Below, one piece after another: positions 26,341 through 40,146 of a stretch of DNA of 64,000 nt. Source of the DNA: Eledone cirrhosa (taxonomy: Eukaryota); NCBI GenBank assembly GCA_964016885.1, contig OZ024742.1, positions 176,018,001 to 176,082,000 of the forward strand, written 5' to 3'. Position 1 is the stretch's first letter; each line of letters opens with the position of its first letter. The notes beneath the pieces were generated by a model. It worked only from the letters and a program-made list of their open reading frames with translations, had not been told where the DNA came from and did no database searches. Position numbers and translations under genes: made by a program.

Positions 26341-26551
26341 CAGAGCTCCTACAGTTTAGAAGAGAAGCTGCCTGCAAGTGTATGGACACATGATCGTGTA
26401 CATTCTGGCAAGATCATGGAAGATGTGCGACATGACTTCACTGCAAGATTCGGCAAACGAGCTCATCCGAAGAGGACGATGCTTTTATGGGAGCATAAAC
26501 TGATTTTCATTACTTTTTGATAGGGGTGACAAGACTTTCGACCACCCTGTA
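26341..26551 (+). mobile_element. Internally deleted Tc1/mariner-type element: HTH (DUF4817-like) fragment plus terminal repeat end
   Basis: YSLEEKLPASVWTHDRVHSGKIMEDVRHDFTARFGKRAHPKRTMLLWEHKL followed shortly by ...ACTTTCGACCACCCTG|TA. Confidence 0.65.
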
Positions 26552-27764
26552 CATTGTGAAACTTAGAAAGTACTCATTCATGGTCCGTTTGTAAATTCAA
26601 TTTGTAGAAAAACGAAATAAAGTTAAATAACTGTTCCTGAGTTAATATTTCATTTGAATAGTAAAGAAGTCAACAACACAGAAATAAACAAATAGTTAAC
26701 GTACGTGTTTTCTGCTGTTGGTTCTGGTTTAACTAGATTATCAAATGTTTTAACATTCAGGTTAACATGTGCTGTCATTTATGACAGTCGAATATATGCA
26801 TAGAAAATCATCGGCCCTTTAAGCCTAGGAAATGAAATAACGGCTCAAAGCCTCATCACTTGATATTTGTACTTTGACACGTACCTGTTTGAATTTCGTT
26901 TACATAGTCAAATATGGCTGACGAATTATTTGTCTCTGATTGACTAATATAAAACACACCACGTGCATGTGAACGTCCCCGAATAAGATTGCTTAAACCT
27001 TCATTATTTTGCCCCGTATTCTACAATGGTAAGAACGGAGATTTTATACCTGAAACACTTTTATAACCATATTTATAATGATATGGATGAAGAATCTTGA
27101 AGGGATTTCCTGAAATTACGGTGTTTATTATTTCATTATTACGACGGTTTCTGTGACATTAGAAAATGTTGTTATGCCATATTATGATTGAAGATTTCAA
27201 TAGGTGGCATTGTTTCATAGCACCCACAGGCAGTTTCGGACAGGTTGGTATCAAAAGGGCTTAAAACCTATTTAGCTTATAAATGTTTTATTAATTTGAG
27301 GTAAATTTAGGGAAATAATCCTTGTGACATAAATGAGATATTTTGGGGGAAATGCTATGAAAATTGGCTTGCAGTATTTAGTTAGGTTCTGTTTGCAAAT
27401 TCCTGTGCAACTTCAAGCTGACTTTCGTTATCCCAGGGGCGATAAAATGCAGTCAACATTAATAAGCCCATGCAAAGCTTATAATAGGCTCAATCCACCT
27501 GTAAAATAGAGGCCCCTAAACCTGGTAACAGACCCATGCCACATATAAATTGTAAGTATTTCCCCACCCCAAAAGCTGTTAATAGACCCATGCTAGATGT
27601 AAATTGTAAGTTCCCTCTCCCCACCGAGCTGGTAATAGGTTCAACCATTTTAATGGCCTCTACTTCATGCAGGGATATCGTGTATCTCATTACGTATTTT
27701 AGTAATTAGTCTGAAATATGTATGGTTTGTAATTTGAAATGTGTACTTCCCAGAACAAATTTCT

Positions 27765-28790
27765 ATAATAATTGTTTCTACTTTTGGCACAAGGCCAGCA
27801 CTTATCAAGTGCATTACTGGTAATTTATTTTATCGACTCCGTAAGGATGAAAGGCAAAGTTGACCTCGACAGGATTTGAACTCATATCGTAAAGGGACAT
27901 AACTATGCTAAAAAGCATGGCGTCTGACTCTCTACAGATACTGCCAATCCACCGCAAACTTTTATAAAAATAGTTGATTTCTATAAATAATATTTGAGAA
28001 AATAGGGTAAAATACTGCTGGAAGCTGAAAAGAAGGAGTTGGTTGTGCATACAAGGAATGGGACCATTGTTAATCTCTACATAAAGAGCTGTTGGCTACT
28101 AATACTGTCTTTTTAGAAAATTTCATGACTAGCTAGAAATGTAAACAAAGTAGTTGATTAAGGAAGCAGTGAGAACATTTGAAATGAGCGTTCCCCTACA
28201 GTAATAAATGTTTCTACTTTTGGCACAAAGCCCGCGATTACCCCAGTTCATTATTTGTGCTTTATTTTATCGACCCCGTAAGGATGAAAGGAAAAGTTAA
28301 CCTCGGTGAGATTTGAAATCAGAACGCAAAGGGCCATAACTCTATGTTATAAACATGGTGTCTGACACTCCACCGATACTGCCAAATAACAGTAATAATA
28401 ATAATTGTTTCTACTTTGGTACAAGACCAGCCATTTGAAAGAAGGTAAAAATCAATTAAATCGACCCCACCATGTTATTGGTGCTTTATTTTTTTACCCC
28501 ATAACGATGAAAGGCAAAGCTAATCTCAGAACGTATAGGACCATAGCTATATGCTGCAAATCATGTTGCCCGATGTTCTACCAACACAACCAATCTACTG
28601 CCCTAATAATTGTTTCTACTTTTGGCACAAGGCCAGCAATTAACCAGTGCATTACTGGTACTTTATTTTATCGACCCCATAAGGATTAAAAGCAGGCAAA
28701 GTTAACCTCGGCGGGATTTGAACTCTGAACGTAAAGGGCCGTAACTCTTTGCTGCAAAGCATGGTGTCTGACCCTCTACCGATACTGCTA
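27765..28790 (-). mobile_element. Cluster of about four co-oriented tRNA-derived SINEs
   Basis: Copies at ~27765-27954, 28203-28385, 28400-28600 and 28605-28790. Confidence 0.85.
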
Positions 28791-31700
28791 GGTTACTGCT
28801 ATGCATGTGACATTTGATGTATTTACAAATAAATGAATTGGAACGAGTAGATCCCATCAAAACCAAAAAGCCATGACTTCTCAATTACCCCCCTGCACAT
28901 ATAGAAACTGTATCACTCTCTTTCCTTACTCTGAGAGTAATTGGATGGAAAGGGGATGGGCTCCACCAGGTTTAAACAAAATGCCCAAGAAATGCTGTAT
29001 GTCACTACAGTGCACCTATGACACTACCATGGGTTAAGGGTCTATAAATACATACTTGTAGAAAACTTGATGACTTAACAAGTAACAGGAAAGACTGAAA
29101 GAACTAGAACTTGGGGTGAGTAAACCACCACCCTTAAAATTGTTGGCCTATTTCAATTGTTCAACTTACTACTCCCCACATCTTACATGAGAAATCAGTA
29201 TTTCATTCATTAACATAATCGCAATCATTGGATTTTGTCTGTAATTTTACATGTTTGTTAATTAAACTGTTTTCCTGATTAATTTATTGATAACATTTTT
29301 GTAAATCATTATTTCCATCATTCCTGTGTTTACTATTTTAGTTATTATCAATGTTCACATTCTGAATAATTGTATTCTTAAATATCACATATATATATAC
29401 ATATATAGGCGTGTGTGTAAACTGATATATTTCATAACAGATATAATTATCTATATCTTAAATAGATATTTTCCCCATAATTAACATTTGGTTTTTAATT
29501 AATGATTTGAGGATACTTTTATCAATAACTTTCTAACCATAAATATCGTAGTGACTTTAATATACATTTCCTGAATAAATTGATGGTTGAAGAATAATCT
29601 TAATGTCAACAGGAACATATTATCATTAAACAATTTTATTATTTTTACTTTTATCATCCTCATCATCATCATCATCATTAAACAGGACAGTGGATTGACA
29701 GTATAGATAAATCATCTAGCTTAGAAGAGACTTTCACAGGGTTAGGTTATTGGTGACTAAACCTGCAACCCCTAAAAGCCTACTTGTTGAAGAGGGTGAC
29801 TTTTGGACACCACCTTAAGAGATGTATATTAAAACTCATCAAAAGGCAGAGGAATTCAGGAGAGTGAAGGGACATCCAGTGGTGTGTAAAGAAACCCTCT
29901 AGAGTGAGTCAATATCCTTGGTTGGCAGTTTGCCTAAATCAATCTGATTTCAAAACTGGGGTAGATGGGAGTCATTAGTCAGGTGACAACTTTTCAAGTG
30001 GCCAGTGGCTTCAACCTTTTGATGACAGTGAAAGAGCTTGGCTTGGTGAGAGTCATGTACATATATATCGTCTGTGTTCTCCAACCCTCAGTAATGATAA
30101 TAAGAAGAGTTATGACCAGACTATTATTAAAATGAAATATAATTTTATAATTATGCACCGTAAAGTTGCTTTGTGCTATTCATATTCATATGTCAATTAT
30201 AATGGAAAATGTTTAACAAATATGTCTACACTATCACCCCAAATGAGAATAACACATGACTATTGAGAACAATAGATTTATGTAATGGGGAGAATTTTTA
30301 CCCCTATTTCCTTCACGGAAGCCCCCATGTTTGTGCATTGGATTTAGTGGCCAAATCTGAAATTGTGTTTTGATATTGAGTCAGTTTCCTCCAACAATTC
30401 TTGCTTTTGTTGATTTGGTCATGCACTCTACCACACTTGAATTGAACTCCTCCATAAGGCAGTTGAGTCTGATTCCCTCCTATGATGGTGTAAATGGCGT
30501 GATGGACTGTTAAAAACGTGAGTCGGTACGATCAAGTTGGATCTTGAGCTAATAATATAGTCCTCACACATTTTTGGAATCCTGACTGACAAAAACTGTG
30601 TGTCTCTGTTTCAGATACTTTACTGTGGAATTACATTATTATACTTGAACAAGCTTTTTATTGGTTATATTATATGTACAGTATTTGATTGCATCTAGCA
30701 TCACCCAGATATATGTCATCTGCCTCAATTTCAGCAGTGAATATTAAGAAAAAATGGTTGAGTGTTACTTGTGAGCATTTACCCCTTTCAATACCATATT
30801 TCTAATGACACTGCTCATGATTTGCAAACAAAGGTTCTTACAAAGAATTATGATGGAATGTATTTAGATAAATATAAACATTTTAAAATAAACAGTTTTC
30901 TATCATAAGACAAAGGGAGGTTTCTGGAAGTTTGGTATCAAAATGATTAATGTATTGATAACACAATCTTGGATTATAAGACAAGAGTGTAGGTCTGCTA
31001 GAGTATTTTTACATAGGGCTAAACAACGACGACAATAACAGTAGCAATAACGAAATATCTATAGCACTAGCAAAATATTACCCCTATTACCTTCTTTGAA
31101 CAATTAATTACAGTGGAATTTATAATCAAATGAGTTGGTCCTGTGTTCATTTTCAAAACTGATAGCTTGAAAATCAATCTTCATTATCTCATTTTGAAAT
31201 TGGCAATTTAGCTATCTCTGAGAACAATGGGTAGTCTATGATTAAAACAATTTCTAATTTGTTTATTTAGAATAGATATAATCTTGTAAATATTTTGAAA
31301 GTTCTTGTTTGCGAAGAGGTTAGACATCTAGTACTGAACGACTGATGTTTGGTTGATGTCTTCACAATAAACATGACTCATCCCCTCTCTCACAAATTCA
31401 TCTCCTCTTTGCTCAATCCCAGATAAACTGTTTGATGTATGTGATGTTCTTTCTGAACTGTCCCCTAGATTCTAAATACTCTTACAAGCTTATCAGTGAA
31501 AACAATTGCTTTTGTTTAATCCTAGGCTAGCTTTGATCCAGATGATCTATGATGAAAGGCACTCCTTCCATGATTATCCCATCTATAATTTTTGTACAGG
31601 CATAGTATGTCTAGGACTACATTATTGGATGTATCCACTTCTTTTGAGATTGTAGGCTATGATTGATATAAGAGAAATTTGACTTCTAACAGTTTAAATA

Positions 31701-31885
31701 GCTACATAGAGGTTGTTTCTTTTCAATGGCCCTGTAGTAAAAGAATAACATGCTGGGAAACACTTGCAATGAGATATATAAATCAATATGGGATTCTTTA
31801 CATTCTCATTATTAAGTTATCATTTAGAGCAAGCATAGATTAACATATAATCTTGATAGAAATATTTTAAATAAATATAGACACA

Positions 31886-32139
31886 CTAATCTTTCAATTA
31901 CCATATTTCAAATAGGCACTGTCTATGATTTACAAACCATTCTGGAAATAATCAAGAATGTTGAGGAATTTAGTAATATAACTTTCTGATTACTAAGCAG
32001 GTGTTTTGTAACTAAATTGATAAAGTGTCTTACATAAAATTACTATTGAAGTTTTTAAATTAAATATAAACATTTTAAAACAAAGTTGTGCACCAAAGAA
32101 CCATGGTGGTTTCAAGCAGTTTGGTATCAAAAGGGTTAA
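31886..32139. mobile_element. piggyBac-like MITE (other copies ~30779-30950, ~33164-33418, ~47003-47285, ~52581-52822)
   Basis: Ends TTGGTATCAAAAGGG|TTAA; the other end is a degenerate TTAA-CCCTTT..TACCATATTTC. Confidence 0.6.
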
Positions 32140-33625
32140 TTACTTTATACTGCACTACACAGAGTTTTTAGATAACTTCAAATGTCAGATATTCTATATT
32201 TTGACTAATCAGTGTACTACATTATTCTGGAATGGATTAATCAATGTTGTCAGTCTTTGCACTGCTATGCAAATTGGACTGACCATATTAACTGAGCCCT
32301 GGTGTGATCATTATCCTCATCTTCATTAAATGTCTGCTTTTCCTGCTAGGAAGGGTGGGAAAAGTCATCACAGACCAAATCATAGCTACTAATCTCACAC
32401 TCTAGATTGCACCATACATTTTCTTGTGACACCAGTACTAGAGAGGTTGTTGTGTATTTGTGCAGCTCATTATATGACTGGGTGCTTTAATATCACCTAC
32501 CATTCCACAGTGTGTTCTGGTTGTTTTATTGTCTATTCTTTCTCTGATGTTCAATGAAGTCAAGAAGCTAGTCATATCAATCACACCTTTTCTGTTCACA
32601 GAAATATAAACTGTAGAGTATAATAATTTTGATACATTTTCATAGCCTGGCTAAAGTGGTATTTTTATTTTTAAATCTATATACATTACATTTCAAATGC
32701 TCTATTATTGCTGTAAAGGCATTGGCATGCAGAAGTGCATCCGACCAGAGTAAACAAACCAAAATATGGAATGGATAGGCAATGTGTGGTTATCTGAAAT
32801 CTCTTTCTTGTCTTAGATCATCATAACTTGCCTAATCTATACCAGCATGAACTATACATATAAAATGATAACATCGATGATGATGATGATGACGGTGGTG
32901 ATGTTGGTGATTGAAATGTTACATTTTCAGAAAATATGATGATTTCACTCTATTTATAATGAGTGGACATTGAATAATGATGACGATTAATATTTTGTTC
33001 ACCAAAAAGCTTCTAAATTGATTTATTCTTTAGATATCAAACTGCCTGAAACCACCCTCACTTTTACTATACAAAGCAGTTTATTTTAGAGTGTTTATAT
33101 TTATCTAAAACCTTCCATCATAATGTTACATAAGAAATTTAAAGTTATATTTAAAACACTATTTTAACCCTTGTGATACAAAACACGCCTGAAACCGCCT
33201 ATGGTTCTATAATATAAAACAGTCCATTTTAAAGTATTTATATTTACTTAAAAACTTTCAATCACAAATTATTGTGAGGTCTTTTGTTAAATTATGTTAC
33301 GCCTATTAATAAGAAATTTAGTTGTATTACTAAATCCTGCAAATTCTTGATTATTTTTTAAACATCTTAAAAACTAAAGGCTGAGTCCTTCATTAGAAAT
33401 GTGGTAATGAAAGGTTTTCACTATTTTCAGAATAATTTAAAAATTAAAGCCAGTGTCTTTTGATTAGAAATATGGTAATGAAAGTTTTAAAAGAAATAAA
33501 ATCTCCAAAATTTTAACTGATTTTACAGGATTCTCAATAGGTAAAATACTGAGACTAGCTCTTTCAAATTCCCTGATTGCTCTATAAAAATAGTTGACTC
33601 TTTCCATTACTTTGGTGTATATATT

Positions 33626-35218
33626 CATCGACCGCCTAGTAAAGCAAACCTGCCGGTGAGACAATCGCATTCTGGCTGGAAGCTACTGGTCGCAACAACA
33701 CGATTTCACTGTTCTGCATCATGAGGGAGTTGACGCAAGTGCTGAGCGGTGCCAACATGCCAGTGAAGGACAAAAATGGCAAGATGTTGACAACTGGAGC
33801 AGAACATGACCAGAGATCGATGGAGCACTTTCGGGAGATGCTGAACCAACCAAATACAGTTGACCTGATAGACTTGACTGCAGAGACTCCAGCAACTGCT
33901 GCAGTTCTGAAGGTCTGCGAGGACCAAATCACCAAGAAGCAGGAGACGAGAGATGCGATCAGTGACTTGAGGAACGTTAAAGCAGGCGGGCTGGATTACA
34001 TCTCTACAGAGTTGCTCAAACTGGGTGAGGATAGCATGATAACAGTGATGAACCACTGTTGGAGGGTTGGTCGGGTTCTTTTTGAGTGGAAATGCGGTGT
34101 CATCTTCAAACTGCTGAAAAAGGGAAACCTGGCCAACTGCAACAACTGGCGAGGTATAACATTGCTGTCAGTCCCAGGCACTGTGCTGCTGTGTCAACTC
34201 TGGCAGGCTGTCGACTCTGTGCTCCAGGAGGAACAAGCCAGCTTCCAAAACAATCAATCTTGCACAGAACAGATCTTCACACTATGTGACATCCTCGAAC
34301 AATGCGTTGAGCTCCATTACCCTTTCATGGTCAACCATTGATTTCTAGAAGGCATTCGACAGTGTGCATCAGGAATCGCAGTTTAATATCGCGCACTCGT
34401 ACGGCATTCCTGCAAGATTCATCGCCATTTTCAAGTCCCTCTACCCAAACTCCAGCTGCTGCATGTGAACTGAGTCCGGTGTGATGGAGTTCTTTGACAT
34501 TGCCTCCGAGTCAGACATGTTTGTATTTTCTCTCTGCTGTTGTTCCTGTTGGCAGCCGATTTCATGCTAAGGTGAACAGAGGAAGGACCTGGTCGAGGAA
34601 TCCCATGGGGAGGCCACACGAGGCTGAGGGACCTGGCATTCACTGATGACATCGCTTTGATTGCTGAAAACTGTGTAGATCTGCAAGCCCTAACAACATC
34701 TCTGCAAGGGAGTAGGGAAAAGATCGGCCTCAGAATCAACACCAAAAAGACCAAGGTGATGAGAACAGCCAACAACACAGGTCCAGCAATGAGTCAACTA
34801 ACAAGACTTGGAAGAAGTCGATCACTTCACATATCTGGGCAGCATCTTGGCAAGCAGTGGTGACATGCTTTCCACCAGCGGTGCCTGCGAATGATCTTTC
34901 ATGTGTCCTGGCATGACCGAGTTCGAAACAAGGAAATCCTGCAGAGAGCCGACTTATGGATGATCGTAGAACACTGTTGCCACCTGACTGGCCATATTCT
35001 GCGTTTGCCCGACGAACAACACTTGGAAACAGTGATGAACTGGACTACACCTGGCGGCCAATGGAGGCGGGTTTGCCCTAGAATAACCTGCTAACAAACA
35101 TTCCTAAAAGACTTCAACATCACTTGGCATGGATGTGAAAATGCCGCCGCTGATCATAACCGTTGGCGAGTACTTACAGCTCGATGCACCGAACGGTGCG
35201 GAAGAAACTAAGTCTAAG
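33626..35218 (+). mobile_element. 5'-truncated RTE-clade LINE (RT pseudogene)
   Basis: KAGGLDYISTELLK, EWKCGVIFKLLKKGNLANCNNWRGITLLSVPG, EEQASF...SCTEQIFTL, DLAFTDDIAL, GLRINTKKTKVM; ends in AACTAAGTCTAAG. Confidence 0.92.
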
Positions 35219-35816
35219 ATATATGTTAATACATGTATATATATTTAAATGCATATATGTATATATTTAGTAGGTGTATACATAGACAGTTAGTTGTAGT
35301 TTATTTGTTGGATGGTAGTTGGGGTTGTGAAATGAGTTGAAGAAGTGAGTCAAGAGAATTGTTGCTTTGAAGTCTCGATATGGTCAAACAAACTAGTAGT
35401 TGTAGTTGGTTGTTTTTGTGATGTGAAACATTTTCCCCCAATTACATGTGTATGAATTTACAAGTGAACAAGAACCTACCATTTTTTTGTTTTTTATTGG
35501 TTGTATGATTCACTTTGGACTCATGTGCAGTAATAATGAACAACGGATAAAGGTGTACATATAATTATATTGCTGATTTTGTGTGTGAATGTTGAATCTC
35601 AAAGTAGTTAATTTACTCGTAGTCAGGTGCTGAGCCAGCAGAGCAGACTAGCAAGTGTGTGTGTCTGTGTAACTACATGATGAACTGTGTGTGGTTGACT
35701 GTCTGTGGTAGAGCTAAAAACAGACTGTGCTAACTGGGATCAAAATCTCTTGCTGTTCAACAAATTTTAAACATGTCCCTTGATAATTTTCTTTTAAACA
35801 GAGGCAGTTAAAATAA

Positions 35817-36593
35817 ATGGAGACATTGTCAGCTCATATGTATACATACATATACGTATATAGAGACAGAGTCAGAGTATACGAAGGAGCCATGGAAAAG
35901 TATAAGACCCTCATAGAACTGGACATGAAAGGAATTTGCCCACTATACAGGAGCAAATCATGGAATAGCTTAGATAGGGCTAGACATAAGATAGGGAAGG
36001 CCACATCATGGTACGACAACCAGAGATATCAGAGTGTCATGTTTGTGGACGCCACCCCTGGAGGGAAATTAGCTAACCAGTGTAGAAAGGCCCTGAGAAA
36101 GACCCACTTAAAAATAAAGGTGGTAGAAAAGCCAGGAACCACCATAAAATCCCTGATCAGCAAAACCTACCCTTTTAAGAAAACCCACTGTACCAATAGG
36201 AAATGTATCATATGTAAGGTGAACCCCCGGATAAACTGTAAAACTAGAAACGTAGTCTATAGCATAAGATGTACAGAGGGTACTTGTAGAAACACGACAA
36301 CAACATACATAGGTGAGACAGCTCGTAGCATAGGTGAAAGGATAGACCAACACTGGGGGGAACTAAAAGGACGAAAAAACGGGTCAGTACTATACGAACA
36401 TGCTAGACAACATCATGACGGTAACATAGACAACATAGAAATTAGAATAATATCTAAACATAGGAATGACCCAGCAGATAGGCAAATCAGAGAGGCCAGT
36501 GAAATAGAAATTAGAAGACCAAAGCTAAACAGAAAGAATGAGTGGAACAACAACAACACCCAAACAAACAACACTGACCTAAGAGAAGTATAA
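35817..36593 (+). CDS. C-terminal part of a Penelope-like polyprotein: thumb end, Cys-rich linker and GIY-YIG endonuclease (5'-truncated; the ATG lies in flanking DNA)
   Basis: MFVDATPGGKL, IKVVEKPG, CTNRKCIIC...CKTRNVVYSIRC...YIGETARSIGERIDQH...EHARQHH...RQIREA...LNRKNEW; frame uninterrupted. Confidence 0.9.
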   Translation: METLSAHMYTYIYVYRDRVRVYEGAMEKYKTLIELDMKGICPLYRSKSWNSLDRARHKIGKATSWYDNQRYQSVMFVDATPGGKLANQCRKALRKTHLKIKVVEKPGTTIKSLISKTYPFKKTHCTNRKCIICKVNPRINCKTRNVVYSIRCTEGTCRNTTTTYIGETARSIGERIDQHWGELKGRKNGSVLYEHARQHHDGNIDNIEIRIISKHRNDPADRQIREASEIEIRRPKLNRKNEWNNNNTQTNNTDLREV

Positions 36594-36844
36594 ATAAATA
36601 AGTAAATTAAATTAAATAAAATAAGATAAATAAATACATACACAAGCACATAAACACACACTAGTCACCCAGCAGACACAACACTATACACACTAGTCAC
36701 ACATCACACACGCAAACGCATGCGCAAAGAAGACAAAATAAAATAAGATAAACAAACAAGCAAACAAATAAATAAATATATAGACGGACTGAACAAAAAA
36801 AAATGGCGTAGACATACAACACAACAGGAGGAACAATGAATATA

Positions 36845-36893
36845 ACACCACTGACGATGTTGCAGATGTGCAACGAAAGATTTATGTAAACTA
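36845..36893 (+). ncRNA. Hammerhead-like motif in the PLE 3' region (stem I weak)
   Basis: CTGACGA-T-GTTGCA-GATG-TGCAAC-GAAA, ~260 nt downstream of the GIY-YIG stop. Confidence 0.6.
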
Positions 36894-37096
36894 TATATAT
36901 ATGTGTTTGTCTATATTGTATCTGTATTATTTTATTTTTGACCGCCGGTCAGTCAATGGCAACATTGAGGACCAAGTAAGTTAGATCGCAGATATATATA
37001 TATAAAAGACAGCGAGAAGCGAAAACCAACCAAACAGTGAGTGTGTTCTGTTATTAATTCTGGCAATATTACGCAAATATGACCCTCCCCAAATAT

Positions 37097-37138
<42 letters not shown>

Positions 37139-37176
37139 TTATATATAAAATACAACATGTAGAAAGGGTAACGCAT

Positions 37177-37208
<32 letters not shown>

Positions 37209-37323
37209 ATGTGCCATCAATAAAACAGGGAAACCACCGGTGTATGGAATCTATAACATATGGAAGGCAGGGCAGACACACAATAATTAAAAATATAAAT
37301 TAAAATGCGCATACGCACCTCTA

Positions 37324-38130
37324 TCTATAATATTATAAAGCTGAGTGTCGTGTGTATGTATTATGTATGTATCCTACACACCTCACTATAGTTTCTTAGC
37401 TTTATTCTCTCCATCGCTATTCCCTCTCTTTATAATAGATCATTCCCCCTCTCTATAATTTAACTGCTTTACTCTCTCTGTCGCTGTTCACTCTCAAATA
37501 TTATAAAGCTGAGCCTCGTCTCTCTCTCTCTCTCTCTCCTTCTTTCACCCTCTCTATAATTTAACTGCTTTACTCTCTGTCTCTCTTTACTCTCTATATG
37601 ACAACACTCTTTTACTTTCAGTAGGTGAGAGAAAGAGACAGGGAAAGAGAAACAGAGGGACGGGCAAGCAGGTAATACATACATCTAAAATCATTTGGAT
37701 ACAAATATCATAATATAATGGTTGCAGAACGATAATACAGACAAATATAATAATGTATGTATCCCACACACTTTTTCTGTCGTCGCTCGCACACACACAC
37801 AAACTTTTTCACACCTGCTTTTACCAATTGCCGGATAACATCAAAACAAAACACAAACACACACATACACACATACACAAACACACACACACATATCTAT
37901 ACTTTATATGTATGTAAGATCATTTCCCCTCTCTATAATTTAACTGCTTTACTCTCTATGTCGCTCTTCACTCTCTATATGACAACACTGTTTTAGTTTC
38001 AGTATCTCCCTTCATAGAGAGAGAGAGAGAGTCGGAAGGACAATGTGACACGGAGGGTGTGTGGTATATTTGTAGTGGAGTGGTGGGGGCAGGTATACCT
38101 AGCCGGACGCCAGTCGGACGGGTCAGCTAG
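37324..38130 (+). mobile_element. Non-autonomous Helitron
   Basis: A|TCTATAATATTATAAAG 5' end; GC-rich CCGGACGCCAGTCGGACGGG then CTAG|T at 38127-38131; internal repeats CCCTCTCTATAATTTAACTGCTTTACTCTCT x3. Confidence 0.7.
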
Positions 38131-38607
38131 TAACTATATAACACACACGTACAAATCCAAAAAGATCTGTTTCGCCAAGAAATTATTGACTGAAATGGAA
38201 GCGCCTATGGGTCATTAGCGTGTGTAAGACAAATACATTCCAGACAAGGATTCCTTTTCCTTTGAGCACATAATTTACAGGGAATAATGAGAGTCTATGG
38301 CTCCATTAATTTATCTTGATATTTCGCTCCTTCTTCTAACAGTCATTGCTCTCTCTCTCTCTCTGTTTGGTTGAACACATCTCTTTGAGTTTTTTTCCGT
38401 ATCTTCCCAATTTAAAATATATAAATATAAATATTCTTATTAACTCAGTTAACTTAATTACTTACATTAAATATAAACCAATATCTCTCATAACTCATTA
38501 AAACAATTATCTATAACACGATATACACATCTATCCATTTATCTATCTATTTATCTATTTATTGACTTATTTTTCTATTTACTTTTCTATCTATCTATTT
38601 TTCTTTC

Positions 38608-39670
38608 CGGACAACCGGTGTGGGCCCCGTTCGTGAGGCGAGCCTTCCCACGACTCGTCTCGCTGACCGAGCTGCAGTCCTGGGTCAAGCAGAGACCGAG
38701 GAAAATGGGCGACTGGCACATCGAATGTGCTCAGGCGATCACAGCCCTCTGGCAGGCGGACCCGGCGATCAGTGGAGACTCCACTTCGTCATTCTATAGA
38801 GGGTTGGTCCGCAGCAAGTGCGACGACGCGCTCGGTGAAACTCTAGGCGTGGAGGAAGATGAACTGGCCAGTCTGTTCGGTAGGACCTTCCGCCCGGGAC
38901 CGATGGACAACTTCCAAAAGTCCCTGGCCTGGCAGTGCTACCGAGGAGCTCTACCAGTTCGAGACAAGCTCTACAGACATGGGCGCCCGGGCAGGGACCC
39001 TGCAAACAAGATCTGTCCGAGGAGCGTGCGAGACGAAGAAACCGTCGCGCACGCATTCATACACTGCCCGGGCGTCACTGACCTGTGGGGCTATGTAGAA
39101 CGACTATTGTCGCGGGTGGGACCAATCCAGTTGACCACCGAGTCCATTGTCATGATCAAACCGCCACCCTCCTTCAAAAACGAAGGAGAGGCGGTTTTCC
39201 TTTGTGTGATAGCTATGGCGAAAGAGATTGTATGGTGGACAAGGTTGAAAGGGCTGAGGTCAGACACCTTTCTCTCCGGCCAACAACTGATTCTTTTTTT
39301 CAAATACCACTTTGGAAGAAGAATCAGGATGGAGAGAGAGGTGCTGTACCCCAGCAAGTTTTATGAAAGGTGGGTGAAAGTGGCGAGAATGGCCCGAGTG
39401 AATGGGCCTTCTCTCTATATCAGCCTGTAGGTTGAGGAAAAGGAGGAGGAGAGGAAAGGAGTACAAGCTCTTCGTACTCCTGGAGATGAGGGTTGCACAT
39501 TTTTTTTCGGGGGTATGTGTTACCCATATAAACTGTCTCCCTCTATTGGGGAAAATCGACTAACTTTTAAATTCCATCTGTGATAACATTTTACACGTTT
39601 TTATTGTATGTAAACTTCCCCCTTTGTATTTGTCCCCTTCGTTTGTGCCCCTGTGGCTAATAAAGAAATA
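38608..39670 (+). mobile_element. 5'-truncated Tx1/L1-clade LINE with 20-bp TSD
   Basis: Open frame 38618-39430 with zf-RVT motif LAWQCYRGALPVRDKL...CPR...EETVAHAFIHC; AATAAA at 39659; TATCTATCTATTTTTCTTTC at 38588-38607 and 39671-39690. Confidence 0.92.
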
Positions 39671-40146
39671 TATCTATCTATTTTTCTTTCGATTTTTTTT
39701 TTCATATATTTTTCTATCTAATTTTAAATATATTTATTTTTCTATATATATCTATTTATTTTTTCATCTACTTATAACAGTAAATATTATATTAGAAAAT
39801 AATTTTAACAACTAAATAATCGTAAATACACGTACCATTAGTAGATAGATACTTAAAATTTATTCCCCCATATTAACGTTACATGAGTTCTATTCATCCT
39901 CTTGTTAATTTCTTCACTCTATCTCTCTCGTAATATTAATATTTTTTCTCTCTCTCTCTTTCTCCTCTCTCTTTCTCCAGTGTCATTTAAATAAACGATT
40001 GTTTTTCAATTATTTACATATTCATTTGCATATTTACATATAAGTTTGAATAATCCCTAATATGCAGTGAATTTCCCACTATCCAGTGAATTTCCAACCG
40101 ATAAGGTATGATTTTTATGGGTACGTCTCTATTTATAAAACAAACT

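Noticed and set aside
30310-30615. GC-richer segment with a faint homeodomain-like reading on the minus strand
   Set aside because: No WFxN motif, and stops in the frames examined; cannot be supported
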